From the human T2T-CHM13v2.0 reference genome, Homo sapiens, in NCBI RefSeq assembly GCF_009914755.1, contig NC_060933.1: a stretch of 64,000 nucleotides of DNA; one strand, given 5' to 3'. Below, piece after piece: positions 51,407-63,058 of this stretch. Positions within the stretch are counted from its first letter, which is position 1, and the number at the start of each line of letters is the position of its first letter. The notes beneath the pieces were generated by a model. It worked only from the letters and a program-made list of their open reading frames with translations, was not told the DNA's origin and did not search any database. Both the position numbers and the translations under genes were made by a program.

Positions 51407-51852
51407 TTTTTAGAGACAGGGTCTATGTTGCGCAGGCTGGCTTTGAATTCCTGGGCTCAAGTGATCCTCCCGCCTCAGCCTCCTGAGTAGGTGGGACTAC
51501 AGGCGTGCCACTATGCCTGGCTCTGGCTCTTCATTCTTTTTTTCCTTTTTTTTTTTTTTTTTTTTTTTTTTTGAGACGGAGTCGCTCTGTCGCCCAGGCT
51601 GGACTGCAGTGACACAATCTAGGACCACTGCGAGCTCCGCCTCCCGGGTTCACGCCATTCTCCTGCCTCAGCCTCCCGAGTAGCTGGGACCACAGGCGCC
51701 CGCCACCGCACCCGGCTAATTTTTTGTATTTTTAGTAGAGACGGGGTTTCACCGTGTTAGCCAGGGTGGTCTCGATGTCCTGACCTCATGATCCGCTTGC
51801 CTCAGCCTCCCAAAGTGCTGGGATTACCGGCGTGAGCCACCGCGCCCGGCCT
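51407..51852 (-). mobile_element. Alu monomer (51407-51522) followed by AluY (51537-51852)
   Basis: AluY diagnostics (gggttcacgccattctcc, ttcaccgtgttagccagg), long poly(T), TSD ctcttcattcttt. Confidence 0.92.
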
Positions 51853-52759
51853 CTTCATTCTTTCAGAAATGTCAACATTAAGTGCTTTTACTGTAATAAA
51901 ACTTGGGACTTCAATGAAGCAAGAAGGGGCTGCAGTGTTGCCTTTAAATCAGTGGGTCCTCATTCACTGTCTGCACTGGGGAGGGGCAATATGACAGCAC
52001 AACTGTTCATCTCACTCGCTCCACATCCTTAGAAGTAACACGATTTTTAGATTGGCTTCATGAAAATTAGCTCAGAGACTAAAGTAGCACTACAGAGGAA
52101 TAAAAAAAATATTTGTTATATAAATAAGGATCTTATTAAAATACTAAGTAAGATACTATGCCACGGTATATATTCATAATTTAAAACCCACCTACTTGGG
52201 AAAACTTTGAGGTGCCATCTAATAAAAATGCAGCATGAAAGAATATTATGCCCTTGATAGTCACATAGTGTCTATAATTATGACAATGAATGTTCAGTGA
52301 GAAATCAAACGCCAACTGCAAGGGCAAAATATAATAAAAAATAGCTTAAAGTAGCTAGTGCCTTCAGGATAAAATCTGGAAAAGGGCTTTCTTGCTGATC
52401 TTTTTTTGAAACTTTGCTGCTCCTGAAGTTTTTACCCTTTAAGGCTCCTCAGTTTATATGAAGCTTGGAGGACAAATAACAGACAGGTTTGAGCCTAACA
52501 GATTTGTTTGAATCCCAAATTTACCAATGACTGCTTGTGTGACCTACTAAACTAAGCTCCAGGAGGGCCAGGCCAGGTGTCTTATTCAACCACAAAATCC
52601 CAGCGCCCCCAGCATGTGAGGCAAATTTCCTCCATCAGCATAGGAATCGGATGACCTGGGAAAGGGAGTATTGTTAGTTTTCCTAGCGCCAGCTTCAATA
52701 GGGATTGGGGTTATTTAAAAATACAGGAGAAAAGTAAGGAGGCACTCAAAAACAAAACA

Positions 52760-53160
52760 CAAAACTCACATTGATGGGGGTATGTCAAAGGCGGGAACAG
52801 GAGATAACGGAAAGAGTTCCCAATGGTCAAAGCTGGGATAATTTGAGCAACAAAATAAAGCAGTATTAAATTGTAACCCAAAGTATAAAATATTCATGTG
52901 TCCACACTGATAAACATAAATGATCGAACTAATAAAGCGAAAGGGACAACTGTCCTTTGCAGAAGAATTTCAATTAATCATGTAGACCACTCCCAAGAAA
53001 GTACACTACAACTCCCCATTCCTTTAGTGTGGGCTGTGCATAGTGATTTCCTTCCAAAGAGCACAGTATGAAATGGGGGAAAAGAGTAACTTTACAATGG
53101 AGAAACCTGACAAACACTCCTTCAGCCAGGTGATCAGGTCGTCAACATCAACATCAATAA
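52760..53160 (+). mobile_element. L1MC/MD-type 3'-region fragment
   Basis: ttcccaatggtcaaagctgggataatttgagcaacaaaataaa...aactttacaatggagaaacctgacaaacac. Confidence 0.7.
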
Positions 53161-53172
53161 CAGTCATAACCT

Positions 53173-53178
53173 TTTATT
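53173..53178 (-). terminator. Candidate distal poly(A) signal of ZNG1A/CBWD1
   Basis: tttatt on + strand ~400 nt past the stop; a proximal one lies at ~53544. Confidence 0.55.
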
Positions 53179-53582
53179 TCATGTCATAAAATGGTGACAC
53201 TTACTTGTGTTAAAAAAATTTAATAACAATGTAATCATTATATCTCTGCAATCAGCTGAAGTTCTAAGAAAAAATGACAATGTTGAAAGTTGTATCATCA
53301 TTATTATAAACTTTCATGTTCGGTATATGTAAACTCCAAAGCCAATTTCAAAAGATATTTTTGTGAAATACCATTCTTTAAAAAAAAGGATATTATATAT
53401 AACTGTATGAATGTTAAATGTTTTACAGTACTGATTTGCTACATTTTATGTATGCTGTAAAACAAATACCATTTTAAAGTATATTGGAATTCGTAACTAA
53501 AGTAATAAATAAATGCTTGAAATATACCCAGTAGAAACTTATTTTTATTATCCAATCCTTTTGATAAGAAATGCCTCTAGTG

Positions 53583-53689
53583 TTATGTACAAACTTGATC
53601 TTCTTGGAAACGTGTTGTCCACTGCTTTTCTGTTTCTGTCACAGTAGCTATAAACAGCTGTTTAAGGATATCCTTATCTAAATTTCTGC
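53583..53689 (-). CDS. ZNG1A: Zn-regulated GTPase metalloprotein activator 1A (CBWD1), last coding exon
   Basis: ttgcag acceptor; (G)[34 protein letters not shown]; phase matches the preceding exon. Confidence 0.92.
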
Positions 53690-54076
53690 CTGCAAACAAA
53701 ACAAAATATGACGTGATTACATTATGCTTATTAAAATGACACAGTTCACCTATCAATTCCAGTTCATTAAATGCTTTATGGTGTTTAGAAATTTACAAAA
53801 AGAATAGTAATTGAGTGATTCCATCTTTAACTTTCCAGGTCAGTACATCAAAGTCACATTGGTCCTTGGATTAACCACTTTTCTAAAACTGAAGAAGAAC
53901 AAAAGTCCTAACAAGCTTTTACGAACGTTGTAACGTGATAAAGATGAAACATTGACCACAAGCTTATTTAGTTTTAAAAGAGGACCTGAATGGTTAATCT
54001 GTTTAAGTGGCACATGATATCCCTTTCAAATATATTTTTCACTTTGTTTTAAAACTGTGAATCCTTTGAGACTTAC

Positions 54077-54206
54077 CAAGGAGGACCAATCGATTTGTTC
54101 TCTCAGTGTCATCCTTCCAGCTCACTGGAGTCTCCTCCAGATCATAGAGCTCATGGACACCCTGGACAATCACTTGTTGTGATTTGTCTTTGATTGACAC
54201 CAATCC
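54077..54206 (-). CDS. ZNG1A: ZNG1A/CBWD1 penultimate coding exon (CobW C-terminal domain)
   Basis: cag|[43 protein letters not shown](G)|gtaagt; 130 nt. Confidence 0.93.
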
Positions 54207-55331
54207 CTGCTCAAAGGAGAATTGACTGAACATTAATCAGCCTCAGTTCAAACTTAAAAGCAGAAATAGAGCATCAATGTTAATGGATTAATTACTGATA
54301 TTCACTTAAAAAATACAAACTCTTAAGCTGAGAAAATTACTTAATTCCAATTATTTGTGAATTACAAGAAGTTTCTTAATGTTTTTAATTTTCAAAAAAG
54401 GTTTCTGTGTATTGATTTTCTTTTTGAACAATCCCCTTTTCTAATGATAAAGTTAATACATATATTAGGATGGTTTTTCAGTGTTATTTATCACAACCAA
54501 AACCTGAAACAAAATGATGAAATATGTATCATATCCTATTGATTAAAGATTTTATATAATGTTTCACAGTTTTCATGGGAAAAGTTGAGAAGTTAAAGGA
54601 GTTTGGTTATATTAAATAATTTGTTTTAGAAATGGGTTGCAATCAATGAACAATGATGAAATAAAGAAAAACTATTATATTTATCTGAATATGAGCTCAT
54701 TGTGTATTGATTTGCAGAAATGAGAAACGAATTATCTGATAAACTGGCTCCTATGAGATGAAATTAATTTATTTGAAATAATATTCTTAATTTACCAAAA
54801 ACTTTGTGCACACTTGTGAACACACAAGAGTAGACACTCAACTGACTGGTTAAGCATACACTTTAGAATCACTGCTTCCTAGAAGAAATACCTTTCATGA
54901 CTTAAATACCCAAATATCAAGTAACGTGAGTGGGTTTCTAAATACAGAACAAGAATTCTTCTAGTCCTTTGTAACTTTGTTTAGAGTATGACAAATGTTT
55001 AGTGTCTGCTAAATGCATCAGGAAGCATAATGTTCAGCAGAAGTGAGATTTGCAACATTATTTCTCTGTACTTGGGAACAGAGAGCAGAAGGTAACATTT
55101 CAAAGCACACAGGTTTGTTCTAGCTGCAACCCTAAAGAAAGTTGTGCAAATAAATCAAGCCTTATGCAGTGATTTCCAAAGCTCCTTTTCAGTCACGAAA
55201 ATAATAAAGAAAAATGAAAGTAGACAAAGATGATTTGTACTAAAACCAGTGTTTCTGTTTAAAACCAAATATAGTTTTTATAACAGCCAAGAAAAGGACT
55301 TTGTCCGAAAGTCTGCAACAGTAAACTGTAC

Positions 55332-55397
55332 CTTCAGCCTTATGACCTCCATGCAGTGATTGTCCTTGTTTCTCACATTCTTTTCCCACAGGAGATT
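55332..55397 (-). CDS. ZNG1A: ZNG1A/CBWD1 coding exon
   Basis: cag|[22 protein letters not shown]|gtacag; 66 nt; RLK-G motif joins the next exon. Confidence 0.9.
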
Positions 55398-55500
55398 CTG
55401 TATCAAGTGACATATTTTAATAAGACCAACCATCGCTAATAGCAACAACTATGTAACAAAACCATTGATAAATCATTAATCAGTTAAAAATTGCATTCAC

Positions 55501-55569
55501 CTGAATAAACATATTAAGATGTTCTTCCTTTGCATTTCCTGGTACTTCAAATGTGATTGTAACAATACT
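55501..55569 (-). CDS. ZNG1A: ZNG1A/CBWD1 coding exon; upstream exons lie beyond the window
   Basis: tttacag|[23 protein letters not shown]|gtgaat; 69 nt. Confidence 0.9.
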
Positions 55570-56685
55570 CTGTAAATCAAGGGAAATAACAATAATTCTT
55601 TATAGTAATATCAATGTTTTTTAAATCACAAATTTTAAGATGAAAAGGAACATATTCATGGAATTTTACATTGCTTAAACCATATATATTAGGTATTATA
55701 CTTTCCTCAGCATATGTGCTGTTTTTTTGGAATTAGCAACTCCATTTCCTACATTCTGCACAGGTACCAATGGATTTAGTATTTACACAAACTACTACCT
55801 TGTATTTTAAAAAACTCACTCAAAAACCCTGATGAAGGGGTCCTCATTATTTAATTCATTCTTTCGTGGATTCTCAGCAATAAGAATATATGTAACACAT
55901 ACAATGTACTCACTACACAGGGCCAGGTACTTTTGCCTGAGTCACCTCATTTTATCTTTTGACTTACTCTTCACAACAATCCTGGGGAGTGAAGATAACT
56001 ATTTCATTTTATAAATTGGGGAAAATAAGGGTCAAAAAAATAAGCTACCCAGAGCCAGGAATAAAACTCAAAACCAAAGTAAATCTGTTCTCTTAAAAAA
56101 AAATACAAAAGAAAGGCTTGGCTTATCTTTAACTGAATAAGCATGTGCCAAGAGGAGAAGAGTTCTTAGCGATGAGAATGATAGGATAATGCCCTCTTTG
56201 GCTTTAGTAAGGGGGACATCATCATGTATTGAATATTAACTTTAGGATTTATTTTTCTTCTTTATCTTGATAAATCTCTCACTGTCTACCCTAAAGAAAC
56301 AGAAGCTTAACATTTCCTCTAACAGGTCACCTAATTAAAACCCAAACCTCCCTTTGCCAATGTAACCCCAAATTTCAAACTCAGAGATGAAAATACACAA
56401 GGGCTAAGCATAACATTATAAAAACATACACCCCACCTTGGAAAATAGAGGCTCAAAAGCCAAGCTCAAAATGAATTTAAAAAGGTAGAAAATAATATAC
56501 TAAAGCACATCTTTGCATAACTTCCTAGAACTGCATATCTGGCCTAGCAATTTTACTCACCATTACATAATCATACAGGCTTACAGCAGAAAATACAAAA
56601 AGACCAAAACTATTTTATAATCCAAACTCAAGAGAATCGCTAAAGTATTAAAGACCAATTTAGGCAGAAACATATGAGACATTTC

Positions 56686-59600
56686 TTTCTTTCCATAGGT
56701 TACTGGGGAACAGGTGGTGTTGGTTAACTTCTTTAGTGGTGATTTGTGAGATTTTGGTACACCCATCACCTGAGCAGTATACACTGCACCCAATTTTTGT
56801 CTTTTATTCCTCATCCCCTTCCCACCCTTTCTCCCTGAGTCCCCAAAGTTCATTGTGTCATTCTTATGCCTTTGCATCCTCATAGCTTAGCTCCCACTTA
56901 CGAGTGAGAACATAGCGATGTTTGGTTTTCCATTCCTGAGTTCTTTCACTTAGAATAATAGTCTCCAATCTTATCCAGGTCACTGCGAATGCCATTAATT
57001 CACTCCTTTTTATGGCTGAGGAGTATTCCATTGTATGTATATATATCACAGTTACTTTATCCACGCATTGATTGATGGGCCTTTGGGTTGGTTCCACGTT
57101 TTTGCAATTGCCAATTGTGCTGCTATAAACATGCGTGTGCACGTATCTTTTTCGTATAATGACTTCTTTTCCTCTGGGTGGATACCTAGTAGTGGGATTG
57201 CTGGACCAAAAGGTAGTTCTACTTTTAGTTCTTTAAGGAATCTCCACAGTTTTCCATAGTGGTTGTACTAGTTTACATTCCCACCAGCAGTGTAGAAGTG
57301 TTCCGTGTTCACCACATCCATGCCAACATCTATTATTTTTTTGATTTTTTTATTATGGCCATTCTTGCAGAAGTAAGGTGGTATCGCACTGTGGTTTTGA
57401 TTTGCATTTCCCTGATCATTAGTGATGTTGAGCATTTTTCCATATGTTTATTGGCCATTTGTATATCTTCTTTTAAGAATTGTCTATTCATGTCCTTAGC
57501 CCACTTTTTGATGGGACTGCTTTTCTTGCTGATTTGTTGGAGTTCATTGTAGATTCTGGATATTTGTTCTTTTTCAGATGTATATATTATGAAAGATTTT
57601 CTCCTTCTCTGTGGGTTGTCTGTTTACTCTGCTGACTGTTCCTTTTGCTGTGCAAAAGTTCTTTAGTTTAATTAAGTCCCAGCTATTTATCTTTGTTTTT
57701 ATTGCATTTGCTTTTGGGTTCATGAAATCCTTGCCTAAGCCAATGTCTAGAATGATTTTTCCAATGGTATCTTTTAGAATTTTTATAGTTTCAGGTCTTA
57801 GATTTAAGTCTTTAATTTATCTTGGGTTGATTTTTGTATACAGTGAGAGAGGAGGATCCAGTTTCATTCTCCTACATGTGGCTAGCCAATTATCCCAGCA
57901 CCATTTGTTGAAAAGGGTATCCTTTTTCCACTTTACGTTTTTGTTTGCTTTGTTGAAGATCAGTTGGCTGTAAGTATTTGGGTTTATTTCTGGGTTCTCT
58001 ATTCTGTTCCATTGGTCCATGTGCCTATTTTTATAACCGTACCATGCTGTTTTGGTGACTATGGCCTTATAGTATAAGTTTGAAATCAGGTAATGTGATG
58101 CCTTCAGATTTGTTCTTTTTGCTTAGTCTTGCTTTGGCTACGCGCATGTGTATGTTAAACCATCCCTGCATCCCTGGTATGAAACCCCTTGATCATGGTG
58201 GATTATCTTTTTGATATGTTGTTGGAATCAGTTAGCTAGAATTTTCTTAAGGATTTTAGCATCTATGTTCAAGGATATTGGTCTGTAGTTTTCTTCTTTG
58301 GTTATGTCCTTTCCTGGTTTTGGTATTAGGGTGATACTGGCTTCATAGAATGATTTAGGGAGGATTCCTTCTTTCTCTCTCTTGTGGAATAGTGTCTTTA
58401 AGACTGGTACCAAGTCTTCTTTGAATATCTGGTGGAATTCTGTTGTGAATCCGTCTAGTCCTGGACATTTTTTTGTTGGTAATTTTTTAATTACCATTTC
58501 AATCTCCCTGCTTGTTACTGGTCTGTTCAGGGTAATTCTTCCTGATTTAAGCTAGGAGGATTGTATCTTTCCAGGAATTTCTCCATCTATTTTAGGTTTT
58601 CTAGTTTATGCATGTAAAGGTGTTCATGGTAGCCTTGAATATCTTTTGTATTTCTGTGGTGTCAGTTGTAATATCTCCCGTTTCATTTCTTATTGAGCTT
58701 ATTTGGATTTTCTCTCTTTTCTTGGCTGATCTTGCTAACGGTCTATCAATTTTATTTATCTTTTCAAAGAACCAGCTTTTTGTTTCATTTATCTTTTGGA
58801 TTTTTTTTGTTGTTTTGTTTCAATTTCATTTAATTCCGCTCTGATCTCCTTTCTTCTGCTGGGTTTGTTCTTGTTTCTCTAGTTCCTTGAGGTGTGACCG
58901 TGGATTGTCTGTGCTCTTTCCGACTTTTTGATGGAGGCGCTCAGGGCCGTGAACCTTCCTCTTAGCACCGCCTCTGCTGTGTCCCAGAGGCTGACAGGTT
59001 GGGTCACTCTTGTCGTTCAGTTTGAGGAATTGTTACATTTCCATCTTGATTTCATCTTTGACCCACTGATCATTCAGGAGCAGGTTATTCCATGTATCGG
59101 CATGGTTTTGAAGGTTCCTTTTGGAGTTGATTTCCAGTTTTATTCCACTGTGGTCTGACAGAGTGCTTGATATAATTTTAATTTTCTTAAAATTTATTGA
59201 GGCTCATTTTGTTGGCTATCACATGGTCTATCTTACAGAAAGTTCATGTGCTGTTGAACAGAACGTATATTCTGTGGTTGTTGGATGGAATATTCTGTAT
59301 ATATCTTTTAACTCCATTTGTTCCAAGGTATAGTTTAAATCCACTGTTTCTTTGTTGACTTTCTGTCTTGATGACCTGTCCAGTGCTGTCCGTGGAGTAT
59401 TAAAATCCCTCACTATTATTGTGTTGCTGTCTGTCTAATTTTTTAGGTCTATTAGTAATTCTTTTATAAATTTGGGAGTTCCAGTGTTAGGTGCATATGT
59501 TTAGGATTGTGATACTTTCCTGTTGGACAAGGCCTTTTTTCATTATATAATGTCCCTCTTTGTCTTTTTAAACTGCTGTTTCTTTAAAGTTTGTTTTGTC

Positions 59601-61345
59601 TAATATAAGAATGGCTACTCCTGCTCACATTTGGTGTCCGTTTGCATGAAATGTCTTGGTCCATCCCTTTACCTTAAGTTTATGTGAGTCCTTATGTGTT
59701 AGGTGAGACTCTTGAAGGCAACAGATAGTTGGTTGGTGAATTCTTACCTATTCTGCAATTCTGTATCTTTTAAGTGGAGCATTTAGGCCATTTATATTCA
59801 ATGTTAGTATTGAGATGTGAGGTACCACTCTATTCATCATGCTATTTGTTGCCTGTATACCTTGTTTTTCTGGTTTTTGTTGTTTTTCTAATTGTATTTT
59901 TGTTTTATACGTCCTGTGATATTTATGCTTTAAAGAGGTTCTGTTTTGATATGTTTCCAGGATTTGTTTCAAGATTTAGAGTTCCTTTTAGCATTCTTGC
60001 ACTGGTGGCTTGGTAGTGGTGAATTCTCTGTTTGTCTGAAAAAGCTGTATCTTGCCTTCATATATGAAGCTTAGTTTTGCTGAATACAAAATTCTCAGCT
60101 GATAATTGTTTTGTTTGAGGAGGCTGAAGATAGGGTTCCAATCCCTTCTGGCTTGCAGGGTTTCTGCTGAGAAATGTGCTGTTAATCTGGTAAGTTTTCC
60201 TTTACAGGTTACCTGCTGCTTTTGTTTCACAGCTCTTTCTTTCATCTTAACTTTAGATAACCTGACGACAATGTGCCTAGATGATGATCTTTTTGCGATG
60301 AATTTCCCAGATGTTCTTTGTGCTTCTTGTATTTGGATCTAGGTCTCTAGCAAAGCTGGGGACGTTTTCCTCAATTATTCCCCCAAATATGTTTAACAAA
60401 CGTTTAGATTTCTCTTCTTCCTCAGGAATGCCGGTTATTCTTAGGTTTGGTCATTTAACATAATTCCAGATTTCTTGAAGGCTTTCTTCATATTTTCTTA
60501 TTCTTTTTTCTTTGTCTTTATTGGATTCGGTTAATTAGGAGACCTTGTCTTCAGGCTCTGAATTTCCTTCTTCTACTTGTTCAATTCTATTGCTAAGACT
60601 TTCCAGAGCATTTTATATTTCTATAAGTATGTCCATTATTTCCTAAAGTTTTGATTGTTTTTTATTTATGCTATCTAGTTCATTGAATATTTCTCCCTTT
60701 ACTTCTTGTATCTTTTTTTTTTTATATCTTTACATTGGGCTTCACCTTTCTCTGGTGCCTTAGCTTAATAACCAACCTAGTGAATTCTTTTTCAAGTAAG
60801 TCAGGGATTTCTTCTTAGTTTGGATCCATTGCTGGTGAGCTAGTGGGATTTTTTGGGGGGTGTTAAAGAACCTTGTTTTGTCATACTACCAGGGTCGGTT
60901 TTCTGGTTCCTTCTCATTTGGGTAGGCTCTGTCAGAGAGAAGGTCTAGGGCTGAAGGTTGTTGTTCAGATTCTTTCGTCCTACGGGGTGTTCCCTTGATG
61001 TAGTACTCTCTCCCTTTTCCTATGGATGTGGCTTCCTGAGAGCTGAGCTGTAGTGATTGCTATCTCTCTTCTGGATCTAGCCACCCAGCAAGTCTACCAG
61101 GCTCCAGGCTGGTACTGGGGGGTAGTCTGCACAGAGTCGGGAGATGTGAACCATCTGTGGGTCTCTCAGCTGTGGATACCAGCACCTGTTCCAGTGGAGG
61201 CGGTAGGAGGGTGAAATGTACTCTTTGAGGGTTCTTAGCTTTGCTGGTTTAATGTACTATTTTTGTACTGGTTGGCCTGCTGCAGGGAGGTGGCACTTTC
61301 CAGAGAGTGTCAGTTGTGGTAGTATGGAAAGGAACAGGTGATGTG
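56686..61345 (-). mobile_element. L1PB-type LINE-1, long, degenerate, with an internal ORF2 deletion near 58140
   Basis: tttccataggttactggggaacaggtggtg 3' end; ORF2 remnants ([47 protein letters not shown]); ORF1 remnants (FSAETLQARRDW). Confidence 0.92.
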
Positions 61346-61504
61346 TTGGGCTCTAGAATGCCCAAAAACATGAGATATTTAATCTCCACTGTTACTAGTA
61401 ATAGGAAAAGCAGAAAAGTGCTTTCTTGCTTGATAAGAGAAGTACAAGCAGACTAAAAAAAGGTTCAAATTGAACTTGCAAATGTGAGACTTTTAAAAGT
61501 ACTT

Positions 61505-62165
61505 ATTTTGTCACAGCAGTCAAGACACTAACAACCACCTAAATGTCCAGGACAGTTGAATGGATAAAATAAATGTGGTAATATACATACAACCAAATAT
61601 TATGTATCCTTAAAAAAAATCCCGTCATATACTACAACATGGATGAATCTTGAGGACATTACACTAAGTGAAATAAGCCAGTCACAGAAGGACAAATATT
61701 GCATGAATCCACTAATATCAGGTGTCTAAAACAGTGAAACTCATCAAATCAGAAAGTAAAACGGTGGTTACCAGGGGTGAGAGGGAGACGAAAATTGGGG
61801 GGGGCTGTTCAATGGGGATAATTTCAGTCATGCAAGATGAAAAGGTCCAGAGGTCTGCTATGTAACAATGTACAGACAGTTAACAATATTTTTTTTGTTT
61901 TATATTGATAATTGTTGTGATGAAATTGATGGCCCCTAAGATAGAGGAGACACCTGCTAGGTGTAAGGAGAAGATGGTTAGGTCTACGGAGGCTCCAGGG
62001 TGGGAGTAGTTCCCTGCTAAGGGAGGGTAGACTGTTCAACCTGTTCCTGCTCCGGCCTCCACTATAGCAGATGCGAGCAGGAGTAGGAGAGACTATATTG
62101 TACCCTTAAAAATTTGTGGAAGAAGGTAGGTCTCATGTTAAGTGTTTTTTACCACAATAAAAAAT
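61505..62165 (+). mobile_element. L1MA/MB 3'-end fragment, interrupted by the NUMT
   Basis: acatggatgaatcttgaggacattacactaagtgaaataagccagtcacagaaggacaaata...gttaacaata | ctatattgtacccttaaaaatttg. Confidence 0.88.
61897..62092 (-). pseudogene. NUMT: 196-bp fragment of mitochondrial MT-CO1
   Basis: Minus strand in vertebrate mitochondrial code reads [65 protein letters not shown] (TGA=Trp, ATA=Met), i.e. COX1. Confidence 0.97.
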
Positions 62166-62168
62166 ATA

Positions 62169-62452
62169 CAGTCATGGATACATAAAGAGAAATGAGCTGT
62201 TGGGCAATTTTGTTGTTATACAAACATGATAGTGCACTTACACAAACCTAGATGGTATAACCTACTACACACCTAAGCTATGCTGTATAGCCTGTTGCTC
62301 CTAGGCTACAAACCTGTACAGCATATATGTTACTGTACTGAACAGTGTATGGAAATAATAACGCAATGGTAAGTATTTGCGTGACAGTAATTTTTCAGCT
62401 CCATCGTAATCTTATGCAGTCTGACTAAAACGCTGTTACGCGGTGCATGACT
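62169..62452. mobile_element. Tigger3-type DNA transposon derivative
   Basis: ta|cagtcatg...catgact|ata termini; cttacacaaacctagatggtata..ctactacacacctaagcta. Confidence 0.8.
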
Positions 62453-62766
62453 ATACTTATTTTTAAATCTTAATAAACATACTCTATTTTAAAACTATTT
62501 TTATAGCATAAGGTAATAATAATATGCATTTTTAAATGACAATTATTTTATTTCTTCATTAAAGGAATCACTACAATACCTAAAAGTCCACATAAAAATA
62601 TACAGCAAAAGGTTGTCAAATGAAACATAACTGTCAGTTAAAAAAAAATAAATTTAGTCTTCAAAAATGTTTAAAATGTATTTTAATGCAAGTTGGAAAA
62701 CTATATTGAGAATGTCGCAAAATACGACTCCAAATTGCTTTACTGTTAAAGATTTTAACTTAATAA

Positions 62767-63058
62767 ATTTTTTTGAGATGGGGTCTCACTCTGTTGCCCA
62801 GGCTGGAGTAGAGTGGCACAATCATGGCTTACTGCAGCTTTGAACTCCCAAGCTAAAGCAATCCTCCCACTTCAGCCTCTCGAGTAGCTGGGATTACAGG
62901 TACATGCCACCATGCCTGGCTAATTTTTTGTATTTTTTGCAGAAATGGGGTTTCACCATGTTGCCCAGGCTGGTCTACAACTCCTGGGTTTTAAGCAATC
63001 CACCCACCTTGGCCTGTCAAAGCGCTAGGATTACAAGCATAAGCCACCACACCCAGCC
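62767..63058 (-). mobile_element. AluJ
   Basis: Alu dimer; taaagatttt repeats flank it. Confidence 0.9.

Noticed and set aside
56581-60342. Active LINE-1 ORFs
   Set aside because: Fragmented by stops, frameshifts and an internal deletion
61824-62039. 71-aa ORF or functional COX1 gene
   Set aside because: Off-frame reading of a 196-bp NUMT; the true COX1 frame contains TGA, a stop in the nuclear code
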